64,000 bases of DNA from Bdellovibrionales bacterium (GCA_965219095.1 CBDCMT010000001.1:320001-384000), one strand, 5' to 3'; positions 29,793 to 40,525 are shown, numbered from the stretch's first letter. The notes: generated by a model not told the origin, from the sequence alone. Program-made: numbers and translations.

Positions 29793-32483
29793 TTATTGGT
29801 ATTTAGTAAAAGATTCTATAAGGTTTTGGAAGTTACTAGGTCGATATTTTTTGAAGCTTTCTTCATCAACAAAAATAAAGCTCCATTTAGTGGAAAATCC
29901 CTGATTGTTTATGTCTTTGCACCATTGTTTGAGGCGGCTTAATTTCAATGGATCATTTAAGTCTTCTCTCCCTTTAGTTTCTATGACAAATGCTTCTTTA
30001 TCAGTTCTTTTGACTAAAAAATCGGGATAATAGTTCCTTATACTGTCCTCATTATCAACATAATCAAGTTTAAAGTTTAGGGCAAAGTAGAGCTTTGTAT
30101 AAGAAATTATGTCGTCACAACTTTCTAAAAAGGCTGCAAATTCATTTTCAAGCTTATTATCTCCTGCAATCTTATTAAAAATACTTTTTTTAGGGATAAT
30201 GCACTCCTTTTCTTTGCTTATGAAGGGACGAGTTTTAATTAGCTCAATATGATGGCCACTCAATTCAGCAGTCTCTTTTTCCTTTACAGTTAAGGAATTT
30301 ATCTCTTTCTTAAATGTCTCAATAATTGTCTTTGTGACATTAATTTCTGATAGGTTTAAAACTGTCTTTCTTTCTTCTAAATCTACAGGATTTTCAAAGA
30401 GCTGTTCCCTCACAAACTCTTTAACCTTTCCATAAATAATATGATAGCCACTTACAAGCCTCAGTTCTTTCATGATAGTATTTGCAAAAAAACCTAAAGC
30501 ACTGCTGGCATCAATTTCACTGCCATCTAAAATAGTTGTATGGGAATAAGGTTCTTCATTTTCTTTTTTGACCATGTATTTAAAATGTATTTCTCTTGTT
30601 TCAGAATCTTCTAGTTTCTTTAACTTACATTTAGTAAATTTAAATTTACTAGGTGCGAGAAGAGAAAGGTCTTTATGATCCCTAAAAGTTCTTGGTGTTA
30701 AAACTGGTATATTGATATCTAGTTTTAGCAGATCTTTATTGGGGTTTTGTTCATCAACTTCAATAATAATGGGGCACTTTGGCTCAGTTTTATCTCCCAT
30801 TTCCTCTATTTTAAGCTTTACTCCCTCCTTTTCAACACTCTCTACAAACTCCATGAATGCAGGGGTTCCGATTACACTTACTTTTTCCTCAGCATCAGGG
30901 TTTTCTCTATACATTAACCTTAAACCTCGTCCCAAAGCTTGTTCTGGCAAGATATTGCTTTTTGAACTATACGCTCTCAAACCTACAATGGTAGTAACAT
31001 TTTTAACATCCCACCCCTCTTTTAAAACTAAAACAGAAACAATAGCCTTATAAGGGCTTTCAAGACTATCAATTTTATTGGCCTGTTCTCTTAACTTATC
31101 GAGTTCCTCTTTTTTCTTCCCACTTTGAGCCTCTGAAATTTCTCCATTGTTTTTAGTATGAATTGCCAAAACAGCACCCTTTAAATAGGAATAGGTATTT
31201 TCAAGGTAGGAAGCTACATCATCACAATTTCTAGTATCATCTGTCATGATAAAAAGTATGGATTTTTTATTAAGCTTTATATTTTCATCATAAGCTTTTT
31301 TCCATTCAATAACCCCAAGGTTTATAAAATCAGCGTACTTTTCTACATACTTTGAAGTTTTCTTTTCTTTAAGTTTTTTTCTACTCTCTTTATCAGGAAG
31401 AACTGGATGTTTTACTATGTTTTGAGCAATAGCTTCAACTAAGGGATAGTCTGCAATTGTTTGTATAAAAATTGAACCATTATTATGCTTTGGAGTTGCT
31501 GTTACATCAATTTGCATGGATAAAAATTTATCTTTTTGGACGAGCCTATTATGAATGTCCTCAATAGATTTAAACCAAGCCTTTTTAGGATCATGAATAT
31601 GATGAGCTTCATCATTAATAACAACAAGTTCATCAATGTCTCTAACAATATCACCTAAATCTACTGTTGAATCTGTGGTTTTTGCAACTGGTTTACCTCC
31701 TAAAAAATATGCAGTAGTGTCCTCGTCATCAAAAGAAGCAGGGATGTTATCACTAGAGTAAACCCTATGAATGTTTGTTAAAAAAACATTGCCATATTCT
31801 TTAACATTTCTAATCTCATCTTGAATATGAAGGGTTGGTTGAAAATCATTTTGCCAATTTCTTCCATTGTGTCCATTTCTAGGAAGAATAGGATCATTAT
31901 AAAAAATTTTAAACCCATCAAAGTCTGATCTCAATCTATCTAACACAATTATATTAGGAGCGATTAAAAGAAAGTTTCTTGCAAGTTCTGAGTGTTCTTC
32001 GTAGGTTTTATGAAAATATGACCAAGCTAAAAGTAAGCTTATGACCTTAGTTTTGCCTGAGCCTGTTGCCATTTTTATAACAAATCGCCTCCAATTTTCT
32101 TCAAACCATTGAGAGGAAATGTTTGCATTAGAAAATTGCAATAAATCTTCATGGCCTTTAACTTGAGCTACATCATAGAGGTAAATTATAGTTTCCACCG
32201 CTTCTCTTTGAGCAAAGTAATAGCGAAAGTATGAAAGCATTCCTCCATTCTCTAGAATATGTTCTTCTTCAAACCACCAGTTTAAAAGAGTTTTGCTAGT
32301 CTCGCTTGCACCTTCATATTTATTCCCTCTCCATTGATACACTTTTTTTCTTAAAGTATGAACAAAGGGAGCCAAGAGTTTTTTATAAACACTTTCTTTT
32401 ATAAGTTGCTCAGAAGGTAACCAACGAATATCTGGTTTTAAAATAGCATGAGGGGATGTAGGAAAATTAGATTGTAATGCCAT
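29793..32483 (-). CDS. res: Type III restriction endonuclease subunit
   Basis: MATGSGKT, DEAHH, EGWDV, QALGRGLR and YYPDF...IETKG motifs. Confidence 0.92.
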   Translation of the reverse strand: MALQSNFPTSPHAILKPDIRWLPSEQLIKESVYKKLLAPFVHTLRKKVYQWRGNKYEGASETSKTLLNWWFEEEHILENGGMLSYFRYYFAQREAVETIIYLYDVAQVKGHEDLLQFSNANISSQWFEENWRRFVIKMATGSGKTKVISLLLAWSYFHKTYEEHSELARNFLLIAPNIIVLDRLRSDFDGFKIFYNDPILPRNGHNGRNWQNDFQPTLHIQDEIRNVKEYGNVFLTNIHRVYSSDNIPASFDDEDTTAYFLGGKPVAKTTDSTVDLGDIVRDIDELVVINDEAHHIHDPKKAWFKSIEDIHNRLVQKDKFLSMQIDVTATPKHNNGSIFIQTIADYPLVEAIAQNIVKHPVLPDKESRKKLKEKKTSKYVEKYADFINLGVIEWKKAYDENIKLNKKSILFIMTDDTRNCDDVASYLENTYSYLKGAVLAIHTKNNGEISEAQSGKKKEELDKLREQANKIDSLESPYKAIVSVLVLKEGWDVKNVTTIVGLRAYSSKSNILPEQALGRGLRLMYRENPDAEEKVSVIGTPAFMEFVESVEKEGVKLKIEEMGDKTEPKCPIIIEVDEQNPNKDLLKLDINIPVLTPRTFRDHKDLSLLAPSKFKFTKCKLKKLEDSETREIHFKYMVKKENEEPYSHTTILDGSEIDASSALGFFANTIMKELRLVSGYHIIYGKVKEFVREQLFENPVDLEERKTVLNLSEINVTKTIIETFKKEINSLTVKEKETAELSGHHIELIKTRPFISKEKECIIPKKSIFNKIAGDNKLENEFAAFLESCDDIISYTKLYFALNFKLDYVDNEDSIRNYYPDFLVKRTDKEAFVIETKGREDLNDPLKLSRLKQWCKDINNQGFSTKWSFIFVDEESFKKYRPSNFQNLIESFTKYQ

Positions 32484-34621
32484 TACTTTATCTTAACCTC
32501 TTCAATTTTTATGGTGTCATTTCCAAAAATATCAATAACTTTTACTGCAATTTTTACCACAGATTTATTGATTTCATGAAATGGAGATTTTAGCTCTAAT
32601 TTTCTGTCCTTTCTAGTTCTAAAGGCTTGCCATTCATTTTCAAAGATATAATCTCCTGACCATTGCTCTTCAATATCTCCAGTATCAGGGTTTGTTACTC
32701 TTATGATTTCTTTTTTGCTTTCAAAATCAAAATCTATACTCCAATAATCAATCCAATCACTCCATTTTTTAGTTAATACATCTTGCTTTGATTTTCCCTC
32801 TTTATCTGTAGAAATTTTAATAATTTTTCCACCACTTAAAATAACCTTTGAACTGTTCTTCTTCATACTTTGAATAGTTTGTTCTATAGAGTCTTGAGAG
32901 TAATAGACAGAAAAGTCTTTAAGCTCTACAGCCACTTTGCCTTTTTTATAATGAAATTTTACCTCAATGTAAGAGATATCATGAAATGATACTTGATTCT
33001 TCTCAACTGCCCTTTTATCAAAAACTTCTTTTGGTATATATTTTATAGCTAGATCAATTCCTCTTTTTTTCGCTTCATCTAAAAGCATAGGAAAAAGACC
33101 CATCTCAAATTCAAAGCCTAAAATATCAGCCTTTGTGATTTTATTTTTAATACACTCACTGATAACTTCATCAACAAATAAGCGATTAACTGGTAATGTT
33201 ACGGGGCCAATAGCAATAACTCGTCCTTGCTTTTTTCCATGAAATATAGGGCTTTGAGACATAGCTTCTGCCCCATAAGCTTTTAAAATAAGAGATACAT
33301 AATCTTTTTCTTTTTGTTTTAATTTGTTGTCTTGAGTTCTTCCATCAAAATCACTATTAACTCCAATATAGTGCTGCCTTTCATATTTACCAAGATTTAA
33401 GATTTCAAAAGCTCGGTAATCTTTATTTTCTTTTTTTAACTCCCTTTGAATGGAGATCATTCTTTTTCGAGTAGTGTGGATAGAGAATTTTCCAAGATCA
33501 GTTCCGATCCACTTACGTCCTAGTTTTTCTGCAACTGCACAAGTTGTACCTGAGCCACAGAAGAAGTCTGCTATAAGATCATCTTCATTAGAAGAAGCTT
33601 TGATAATACGTTTGAGAAGTGATTCAGGTTTTTGGGTTGGATAACCTGTCTCTTCCTTGGCTCTATGGGATAGGTGCATAGAATATGTTTGCTTTATATC
33701 ACTCCAAACCGTTGATAATGGTACGCCGTGAGACTTATCTAAATACTGCTTTTGTACTAAACCATTTGCTCTTTTTCTTGTTCGGTATCTTCTGCCATTT
33801 TCATCTACATAACAAAATCTTTCGTCAATATATTTTTTTGAATATGGCAAATATATCTTATTCTCTATTCTATTTCTATAATTTTTAGCAAAATGAAGAA
33901 TATACTCATGAACTTTGACAATTTTTGTTCCAGAAGCACGTCCACCAGATGGTGTACCATATGACCATATAGTTTCTGACACTAAATTTTCTTTCCCAAA
34001 AATTTCTTGAAGAGCGATTCTCATATAATGATTAACTTGGATACCAATATGGACATAAATAGTTCCATCGTCAGATAATAGATCTTTCATCAAACAAAGC
34101 CGTTCATAAATCATTGCAATAAAAGAATCAGTTCCTTTTTTCCAAGTATCTCTATAAGCAAGCTCCTCTAAAACATTTGGTTTTTTTGTAAAAGTATCTT
34201 CACCAATGTCAACTTTCATTGAAAAATCAGCTCCCACATCAAAAGGAGGATCAATGTAGATGAGTTTTATTCCACCTTGAGCTTCAATTTCATCTCTTAA
34301 GTGACCATTTTTTAAAGAAGATAAGATGAGTTTGTTATCTCCCCAAATAAGCTTATTCGTCCAACCCTTAAGTTGACGACCAGTTTCAAGATCAAAAAAA
34401 CTCCTCTGTAAACTCTTATCTTGTTCAAAACGAGGTTCATCTACATGTTCAATAGTCTGAAAGGGAAGAACCACATTGCAAACTTGGTTAGTTTTTCCGT
34501 TCCAAACAAGCTCAACCTCTCTTTTGTCTTCAAACAGTAAAAATCGGTAATGGTCTGGCAGAGGTTTTCCAGCTTCTAAAATCTTGGTTAGGTCTCTTAT
34601 TTCATTTTCTGAAAGCTTTAT
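32483..34621 (-). CDS. mod: Type III DNA methyltransferase subunit (5' start anomalous)
   Basis: IYIDPPF, YPTQKPE and DFFCGSGTT motifs; frame stays open 49 codons upstream of GTG 34474 to an ATA at 34621. Confidence 0.88.
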   Translation of the reverse strand: MKLSENEIRDLTKILEAGKPLPDHYRFLLFEDKREVELVWNGKTNQVCNVVLPFQTIEHVDEPRFEQDKSLQRSFFDLETGRQLKGWTNKLIWGDNKLILSSLKNGHLRDEIEAQGGIKLIYIDPPFDVGADFSMKVDIGEDTFTKKPNVLEELAYRDTWKKGTDSFIAMIYERLCLMKDLLSDDGTIYVHIGIQVNHYMRIALQEIFGKENLVSETIWSYGTPSGGRASGTKIVKVHEYILHFAKNYRNRIENKIYLPYSKKYIDERFCYVDENGRRYRTRKRANGLVQKQYLDKSHGVPLSTVWSDIKQTYSMHLSHRAKEETGYPTQKPESLLKRIIKASSNEDDLIADFFCGSGTTCAVAEKLGRKWIGTDLGKFSIHTTRKRMISIQRELKKENKDYRAFEILNLGKYERQHYIGVNSDFDGRTQDNKLKQKEKDYVSLILKAYGAEAMSQSPIFHGKKQGRVIAIGPVTLPVNRLFVDEVISECIKNKITKADILGFEFEMGLFPMLLDEAKKRGIDLAIKYIPKEVFDKRAVEKNQVSFHDISYIEVKFHYKKGKVAVELKDFSVYYSQDSIEQTIQSMKKNSSKVILSGGKIIKISTDKEGKSKQDVLTKKWSDWIDYWSIDFDFESKKEIIRVTNPDTGDIEEQWSGDYIFENEWQAFRTRKDRKLELKSPFHEINKSVVKIAVKVIDIFGNDTIKIEEVKIK

Positions 34622-34653
34622 GACTCATCGCTCCTTTGCTGCTTTTCTCTAAA

Positions 34654-34679
34654 GTAACTAGTTATTTATAACTAGTTAC
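34654..34679. promoter_or_regulatory. Double-palindrome operator candidate
   Basis: gtaactagttat-tt-ataactagttac between divergent mod and XRE genes. Confidence 0.7.
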
Positions 34680-34711
34680 ATATTGAAAGACAATGAATAC
34701 TTTCTATTTTC

Positions 34712-34984
34712 ATGGGAAGGAATAGTCGAAAAGATATAGATATTAAAGATCGTGAGCTAAAGAGACTAATTGAGACATTTTGTACTAATGTTATTGAAAA
34801 GCGTCAAAGTAGTAGCCTCACCCAACAACAATTCGCAAATAAAGCGGGTCTCTCTGTAAACACCATTGCAGAAATTGAGCAAAAAAGAATAGAAAACCTA
34901 AGGCTAAGTACTATTACCGCAATAGGAAAAGCCTTAGGAATAAAACCTCTAAAACTTCTTGAAAAAAATAAAGATTCACTTTGA
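34712..34984 (+). CDS. XRE-family HTH regulator
   Basis: LTQQQFANKAGLSVNTIAEIEQ. Confidence 0.9.
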   Translation: MGRNSRKDIDIKDRELKRLIETFCTNVIEKRQSSSLTQQQFANKAGLSVNTIAEIEQKRIENLRLSTITAIGKALGIKPLKLLEKNKDSL

Positions 34985-35773
34985 AAATCTTTTGCCTAAT
35001 TTTGATAGATTCATAAGTTTTGCTTTAGTTGATACCATAGTCATAGCTACTATAGGTGTGAGAGAGCTTGTAAAAGACGTAAAACCAATTCCTACAATAC
35101 TTCTTACAACAAGAGGTGTTGTCACCATACAAAGAGCAATCACAAAATTCATGATAATTAGAGTCAAATAATTACCTTCTATATTTAAAGTTATTCCCCA
35201 AGGCATAGCTTTGAGAATCAAACTCAGCACTGCCCATACTACCTTCCAACTTGCAATTTCTGCCATACTCCTAAAGAGGTTTATAGTCATTTTAGAAGAA
35301 AAGACATGAAAAAGCAGAATTACAGGAGATAGTATGGTTAAAAAAGACCAGCTAAAGTGATAAATAGCCACCATGATAAACCTTGCAAAATAAAGAATGA
35401 GATAGGAGAGATAGGTCAACATTGCTAGAAAAAGATCACCAAAAATCAAAAGACTTTTAAAACTTGGTTTTTGATAGCTCTCTATCTTTTCTCCTGCCAT
35501 CTTCATGATGTTTTCAATACCACTCATATCATCAATTTTATTGGAAAGCCCATTTGTTATTTCTAGAATGGCTCCTGTAATTTCAGGAAAACCTATAAGA
35601 AGAAGAGTCCCTATAAAAATTCTTTTTACTTTGTCTAAAAAATCTCCGCTTCCTTGAAACCAAGTGAGGGTTATCGCCACAAGAAAAAACAGAGGCAGAA
35701 GAAGAAAGTAAACAGATCTGAGTTCAAAATAAAGCTCCTGTGCCATAGGAGCTAGACTGCTAAAATTATCCAT
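34976..35773 (-). CDS. VirB6/TrbL-like polytopic membrane protein
   Basis: About 6 TM helices; LSPV motif; follows the VirB5-like gene. Confidence 0.68.
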   Translation of the reverse strand: MDNFSSLAPMAQELYFELRSVYFLLLPLFFLVAITLTWFQGSGDFLDKVKRIFIGTLLLIGFPEITGAILEITNGLSNKIDDMSGIENIMKMAGEKIESYQKPSFKSLLIFGDLFLAMLTYLSYLILYFARFIMVAIYHFSWSFLTILSPVILLFHVFSSKMTINLFRSMAEIASWKVVWAVLSLILKAMPWGITLNIEGNYLTLIIMNFVIALCMVTTPLVVRSIVGIGFTSFTSSLTPIVAMTMVSTKAKLMNLSKLGKRFSK

Positions 35774-35807
35774 TCCTCACCTCTCTTTTTAATTTTTTAA
35801 AGAATTT

Positions 35808-36479
35808 CTAAAAAGAGGCTAAATTATAGTTTGGTTTTAAATTTTTAAAAGCCTGACCTAGTTCTGAATACTGAACTTGAAATTGTCTGGAGTAACGTTT
35901 TTGATTTTTATTTGTAAGCGCTAACTTTTGAGCCTCAATTTTTAAAAGAGAGGCATTGGTTCTTAGGAGTTGGTTTACAGCATGAATGAGAACTGCTTGA
36001 CCTTGAAGCAAAGTCTTCATAGCTCCTGCTTGAGATGCTCGATGGGCATAGTGTTTCATTCTCGTTGCTTCATGATCGACTTGACTTGCGTATTTAAAAA
36101 CCTCGTTATGAAACTGAAAACTTTCAGCCACTGTAAGATCAGTTTTTTTTTGAAGATTTGCTTCACTGGTTTTGGGAATACGACCGTAAATATTTTTAAC
36201 TGCATGGACTGTTTCATTGAGATTTCTCAATTTAGAGAAAGTTCCTGCCTTGAGAGTACGATTAGCTATATCTTTTACATACATGGCCTCATGGATGCCT
36301 CTGTTTGTTTCTTTTAAGAGTTGCAGGGTTTTTTTGTTGACTCCTGTGATTTGTCTTAACTGTTCAAGTTGATAGATAGATTGTTGCAAGATTTTTGAGA
36401 GGTAGATGAGGTCTCCGCCCCAAAAACTGAAAGCATTAAAAGAATAGCACATTAAAAAAAAGAAAATTATTTTTTTCAT
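35808..36479 (-). CDS. VirB5/TrbJ-like secreted protein
   Basis: Signal peptide; Q/L-rich helical; between VirB4 and VirB6-like genes. Confidence 0.6.
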   Translation of the reverse strand: MKKIIFFFLMCYSFNAFSFWGGDLIYLSKILQQSIYQLEQLRQITGVNKKTLQLLKETNRGIHEAMYVKDIANRTLKAGTFSKLRNLNETVHAVKNIYGRIPKTSEANLQKKTDLTVAESFQFHNEVFKYASQVDHEATRMKHYAHRASQAGAMKTLLQGQAVLIHAVNQLLRTNASLLKIEAQKLALTNKNQKRYSRQFQVQYSELGQAFKNLKPNYNLASF

Positions 36480-36513
36480 TTTTTCCTCCTTATCAATTTA
36501 AACTTGTTTTTCT

Positions 36514-38991
36514 TTATAGGAGATGTTGTAGTAGTTTCACATTATCTTTGTGATCACTTGTAGCCACCCAATACTCTTTCTCTGTAGGATAAATTCTTAT
36601 TATTGCTTTATCTTCGCTTGACACTATAAAAGCTTCTGAGAACTCTCCTTTTTTGCTTTTTAGGTTTGAGATGAGAGAAACCTCTCTTTCGTTGAGTTTT
36701 AAAATATCCTTTAGAGACTTGGTATCTCCTTTTTGCTGAAGAATAAATTTAGTAGCTGTATTTCCTAAAATAGCCGAGCCTATAGGATGTTGAACAATTT
36801 CCTCTATTCCTTGAGTGATGAAAGTTATGCCTGAGCCAGTTTTTCTCAATGTCCTTACGCAATACTCCATAAAGTGAGAACTAGATTTTCCTTTTAGTAG
36901 CTCCCAACACTCATCCATTAAAATTCGCTTTTTCTTAGAAAGAATATCTGGATCACTTGATTCAACTCTTCCTAAGATAAAATCGGTGATGATTAAAATC
37001 ATAACAGCCTGCAAGTCAGGAAAACTAGATAGACCTTTTAAATCAAACACTACAAAGTCATTTTCTAAATCAAAACTAGCCTTCGTATCAAGAAGTCTTC
37101 CGTAAGGGGTATCTCCCGTCCAAGGATAGAGTATTCTAGAAAATCTTATTAAAATATCGTCATTTGAATTTTTCAAAAGATTTCTATAGTCAGTTAAACG
37201 AGGATTTTTTATCTCTTTATAAAGCTTATCGATCTTCTCTTCTAAAAGTGCTTTTTCCAGTTTAGGAAGTTTTTCTCCTTCTTCATCAGTCAATAAGGTT
37301 TCAAATAAGGCCAACAAAAATTTAATCTTTCCTGAACTCGGATATGTTTCTCCTTTTGGTAATGCAAACGGATTAAACGATAGTGCATCAACTGAAGTTC
37401 TATTTGTAGGTGGTGTGACATCAACATATTGACCTCCAATAAGTCGGCAGAGTTTTCTATAGCTTCTGCCAATATCAATAATAAAATTCATACTGTTTTC
37501 TTTCATAGCTTGAAGTAAAATGAGGTTGTTTAAAAAACTTTTCCCTGATCCACTTGAGCCTGTGACAAGAGCATTATAATTAGGGAGCTTTGAATCAAAA
37601 GGATCATATTTCACCAGAGCTTTTTGTCTGTTTCTAAAAAGACAGACTGGTTTTTGATCTTTTCCTTGATAGCTTTCATAGACAGGAAGAAAATCTGCTA
37701 GATTATCAGCTTTTATTTTTTTAGGTCTTGCCATTAAAAGATTTCCAAAAGGAATGACGGTTTTAAAAGTTTTAAAAGCTCCTACTGTTTCTTCTAAGCC
37801 CTCACTTCCATTAAGCTCTCTAAAAGCATGAAGCAAGACTCTTGCTTTCAAATTAAGAGACTCTTTACTTTTAGACTTTATTTTTATAGCTAATTGAAAA
37901 AAGAAAATCTTTTGACCTGTTTCAATCACATCTCTTAGAAGCTCTTCTGTGGATTGAGCTTGAGATTCACTTTCTAAGTCATTAACTCTTCCATTCTGAG
38001 AAAGACTCATGGAGTGAGCCATTCGCCGTTTCATTTGAAGAAGGGAGATTTCTTTTGATTGATTGGGGGTTTTGATATGTAAGAAGAGAGAGAAATTTTC
38101 TGGCAATTCAATCAACTTTGAAATAAGAGTGCTGTAAGTGTATTCAGGCAAGGTTTTAAGGGTTAGAATTCTATGATAGTATTCATCATAGAATATGTCC
38201 TTTTGTTGCAAAATCATATCAGAGAATAACAGTTCATTTCTAGGAGTTATTTCAGAAAGCTCTGGCATAATTGAAAGCTCTTTTTCAGTAAAAACTTGAT
38301 TTTTATGGTTCTTATTTTCTTGAGGTAAAGGTATATTCTGAGATCGTTCAGGATTAAAAAATTCATAGATGAGCTTTCTCATATCATTTCTTTTAAGTTT
38401 TTTAACTTTTATGCCTGTAGTCTCCAAAGAATTAGAAAGAGAAGCTGTAAGCCCCCTAAGTTCCTTTAGCCTTTTTTTATGCTCTCTTCTTGTTACACTT
38501 TGAAAGTGTCTAGAGGTTTTAAAAAAATCAAAAATAGATTTTGCTTTAGAACTCCCATCATAAGGTCTTTTGTAGATGAAAAGATAAATATCTTTTTTGA
38601 AGATATTTTCTTTTTTTATTTCAGATTCAAGCATTTTAATTCTGTCATCTGATATTTCGTTGATCTTTTTATTTTTAGATCTTAACTCTCTATGATTTTT
38701 TAGAATCCCATGAAAATCCGAGTGGCTCTTTATAAAAAACCCAATTTCTGTATTGTCATTAAGACCGTTCAAAAAAGAGCGAAGTTTTAGTGCTATGGAG
38801 TTTAGCTCATTATCATCTAAAGTCTCAATAGAAAGCCCTTGAAGATTTAATCCTTGAACAAGAGTTGCATCTGATAAGGCCAGAGATTCATCAAAAAAAT
38901 CCCAAAAAGGGGTTTCATGGCTTAAAGGGTATTCTTTTTGAAATTCTCTAAAGTTTTTTAGAGGTGTTGGTTTGTTTGTATTCATAAGCAT
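36514..38991 (-). CDS. virB4: VirB4/TraC-like ATPase
   Basis: GSSGSGKS, IIDIG.SY, LMDECW, RKTG and ITQ motifs. Confidence 0.92.
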   Translation of the reverse strand: MLMNTNKPTPLKNFREFQKEYPLSHETPFWDFFDESLALSDATLVQGLNLQGLSIETLDDNELNSIALKLRSFLNGLNDNTEIGFFIKSHSDFHGILKNHRELRSKNKKINEISDDRIKMLESEIKKENIFKKDIYLFIYKRPYDGSSKAKSIFDFFKTSRHFQSVTRREHKKRLKELRGLTASLSNSLETTGIKVKKLKRNDMRKLIYEFFNPERSQNIPLPQENKNHKNQVFTEKELSIMPELSEITPRNELLFSDMILQQKDIFYDEYYHRILTLKTLPEYTYSTLISKLIELPENFSLFLHIKTPNQSKEISLLQMKRRMAHSMSLSQNGRVNDLESESQAQSTEELLRDVIETGQKIFFFQLAIKIKSKSKESLNLKARVLLHAFRELNGSEGLEETVGAFKTFKTVIPFGNLLMARPKKIKADNLADFLPVYESYQGKDQKPVCLFRNRQKALVKYDPFDSKLPNYNALVTGSSGSGKSFLNNLILLQAMKENSMNFIIDIGRSYRKLCRLIGGQYVDVTPPTNRTSVDALSFNPFALPKGETYPSSGKIKFLLALFETLLTDEEGEKLPKLEKALLEEKIDKLYKEIKNPRLTDYRNLLKNSNDDILIRFSRILYPWTGDTPYGRLLDTKASFDLENDFVVFDLKGLSSFPDLQAVMILIITDFILGRVESSDPDILSKKKRILMDECWELLKGKSSSHFMEYCVRTLRKTGSGITFITQGIEEIVQHPIGSAILGNTATKFILQQKGDTKSLKDILKLNEREVSLISNLKSKKGEFSEAFIVSSEDKAIIRIYPTEKEYWVATSDHKDNVKLLQHLL

Positions 38992-39340
38992 TCCTCTTAA
39001 AGTAGAGTTGGTATTTTATATCAGGGAGGTTTGCAGAGAAAGTGCTTGGATTGACAAGGCTTGATAATTTATCAGAAAGATAGTTGTCTGGTTTTCCTTT
39101 TTTAGCAAAATAGAGAATTATGGCCAAAACTAATGTTCCTAGCCATACGAGAGGAATTTTTAGAGTTGTTTGTCCAAAGAGTAGGTTGCTGATTGAGAGA
39201 TAAAGGAAAATTAAAAGTAAGTCTATGAGTTCAAAACCGAGGAGTTTTAGTTTGTTTTCGAGTTGGCGTGGGGTTTTTGAGGTAAATAATGACACAAAGC
39301 ACCTCCCGTCCTTTGATTTAAACTTATAAAATATTACCAT
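38948..39340 (-). CDS. VirB3-like membrane protein (true start probably near 39295)
   Basis: Two TM helices, K.LGFEL and GKPDNYL motifs; directly upstream of VirB4. Confidence 0.62.
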   Translation of the reverse strand: MVIFYKFKSKDGRCFVSLFTSKTPRQLENKLKLLGFELIDLLLIFLYLSISNLLFGQTTLKIPLVWLGTLVLAIILYFAKKGKPDNYLSDKLSSLVNPSTFSANLPDIKYQLYFKRNAYEYKQTNTSKKL

Positions 39341-40383
39341 TGTTTAGCATGAAAGATCAGAATAAAAAAGCTATAGAAGAGCAGAATAGAAAGCTTATGA
39401 AGCCCTTTAAAAGTAGTAGTCTCATAATAAACACTTTAGAAAATAGTGGATTAACAAAAGCTTTAAAGGCTATGGAAGAGCAGAATAGAGAGCTTATGAA
39501 GCTCTTTAAAAATAATAGTAGTCTCACAATAAACACCTTAAAAAATAGTGGATTAACAAAAGCTTTAAAAGCTATAGAAGAGCAGAATAGAGAGCTTATG
39601 AAGCCCTTTAAAAATAATAGTAGTCTCACAATAAACACCTTAAAAAATAGTGGATTAACAAAAGCTTTAAAAGCTATAGAAGAGCAGAATAGAGAGCTTA
39701 TGAAGCCCTTTAAAAATAGAAGCCTAATAAATACCTTAACAAAGGTAGGCTTGGAAATTCAAGAACTAGAGAAACGAAAGAAAATACCCCCCTCTATAGA
39801 AAGAGATAATCACTTGTACGGTAAGTTTCTAACTTTCCATAAGACCTTAGGTGAAAAAGTCGATTACCTAAAAGCCTTAGGAAAATTTTTAGATAAAGAA
39901 ATATTAACAAAAATTTTAGAAATTTGGAAAACAGATACTCTCTTTAGAGAAAGGGCTGAGATATTTTTAGATGCTTTTCTAAACCATTCAGAAAAAAGAT
40001 ATACTGTTTCAATTCCTGCACTATTGCCACATATAGAATTTCTTTGCTTATCTTTAATTAATAAAGAGAACAAAAGATTTAACAAAGAAATAAAGGAGAT
40101 ATTTTATAAAACATTTAGCAAGTGTTCTCCTTCGGAAAGCCTACCTTTTTCTAAGTATAAATTCTTTTGTCAAAATCATAAGGAGCTTTTTTCATGCGAA
40201 GATAAAACACAACCAGATTTCTTGAATAGACATAAGGTTTTACATGGAAAGGATATTAAGTATTATAAGAAGTCGGATAACTCTTTAGTATGTATTATAA
40301 TTCTAGATATACTTTTCTATATGAGAAAAGAGCTAAAAGAGGAATTTTGTTCTGCATTAGAATCAATGAACAATGAAAACTAA
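39340..40383 (+). CDS. Repeat-containing protein with a HEPN-like C-terminus
   Basis: About 3.5 x 35-aa repeats; NRHKVLHG (Rx4H). Confidence 0.6.
   Translation: MFSMKDQNKKAIEEQNRKLMKPFKSSSLIINTLENSGLTKALKAMEEQNRELMKLFKNNSSLTINTLKNSGLTKALKAIEEQNRELMKPFKNNSSLTINTLKNSGLTKALKAIEEQNRELMKPFKNRSLINTLTKVGLEIQELEKRKKIPPSIERDNHLYGKFLTFHKTLGEKVDYLKALGKFLDKEILTKILEIWKTDTLFRERAEIFLDAFLNHSEKRYTVSIPALLPHIEFLCLSLINKENKRFNKEIKEIFYKTFSKCSPSESLPFSKYKFFCQNHKELFSCEDKTQPDFLNRHKVLHGKDIKYYKKSDNSLVCIIILDILFYMRKELKEEFCSALESMNNEN
39365..39742 (+). repeat. 102-105-bp tandem repeat (~3.5 units)
   Basis: gaagagcagaatag recurs at 39376, 39475-39478, 39577-39583 and 39678-39688 region. Confidence 0.85.
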
Positions 40384-40525
40384 TAAAGTCAACAATATTT
40401 TGAACTCCAAATCCATAGCTGAGCTTACTAAATCTTAGATGATATGTTGTTTAGCGTTGAGGTTTCTTGTAATAAAAGAAGGTGGGTAGTTTAAGAGAAT
40501 GACTTTGTAATCTATCAATACTCCT

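Noticed and set aside
39365..39742. Possible CRISPR or ncRNA array
   Set aside because: Whole units are repeated in frame within a CDS; no spacers
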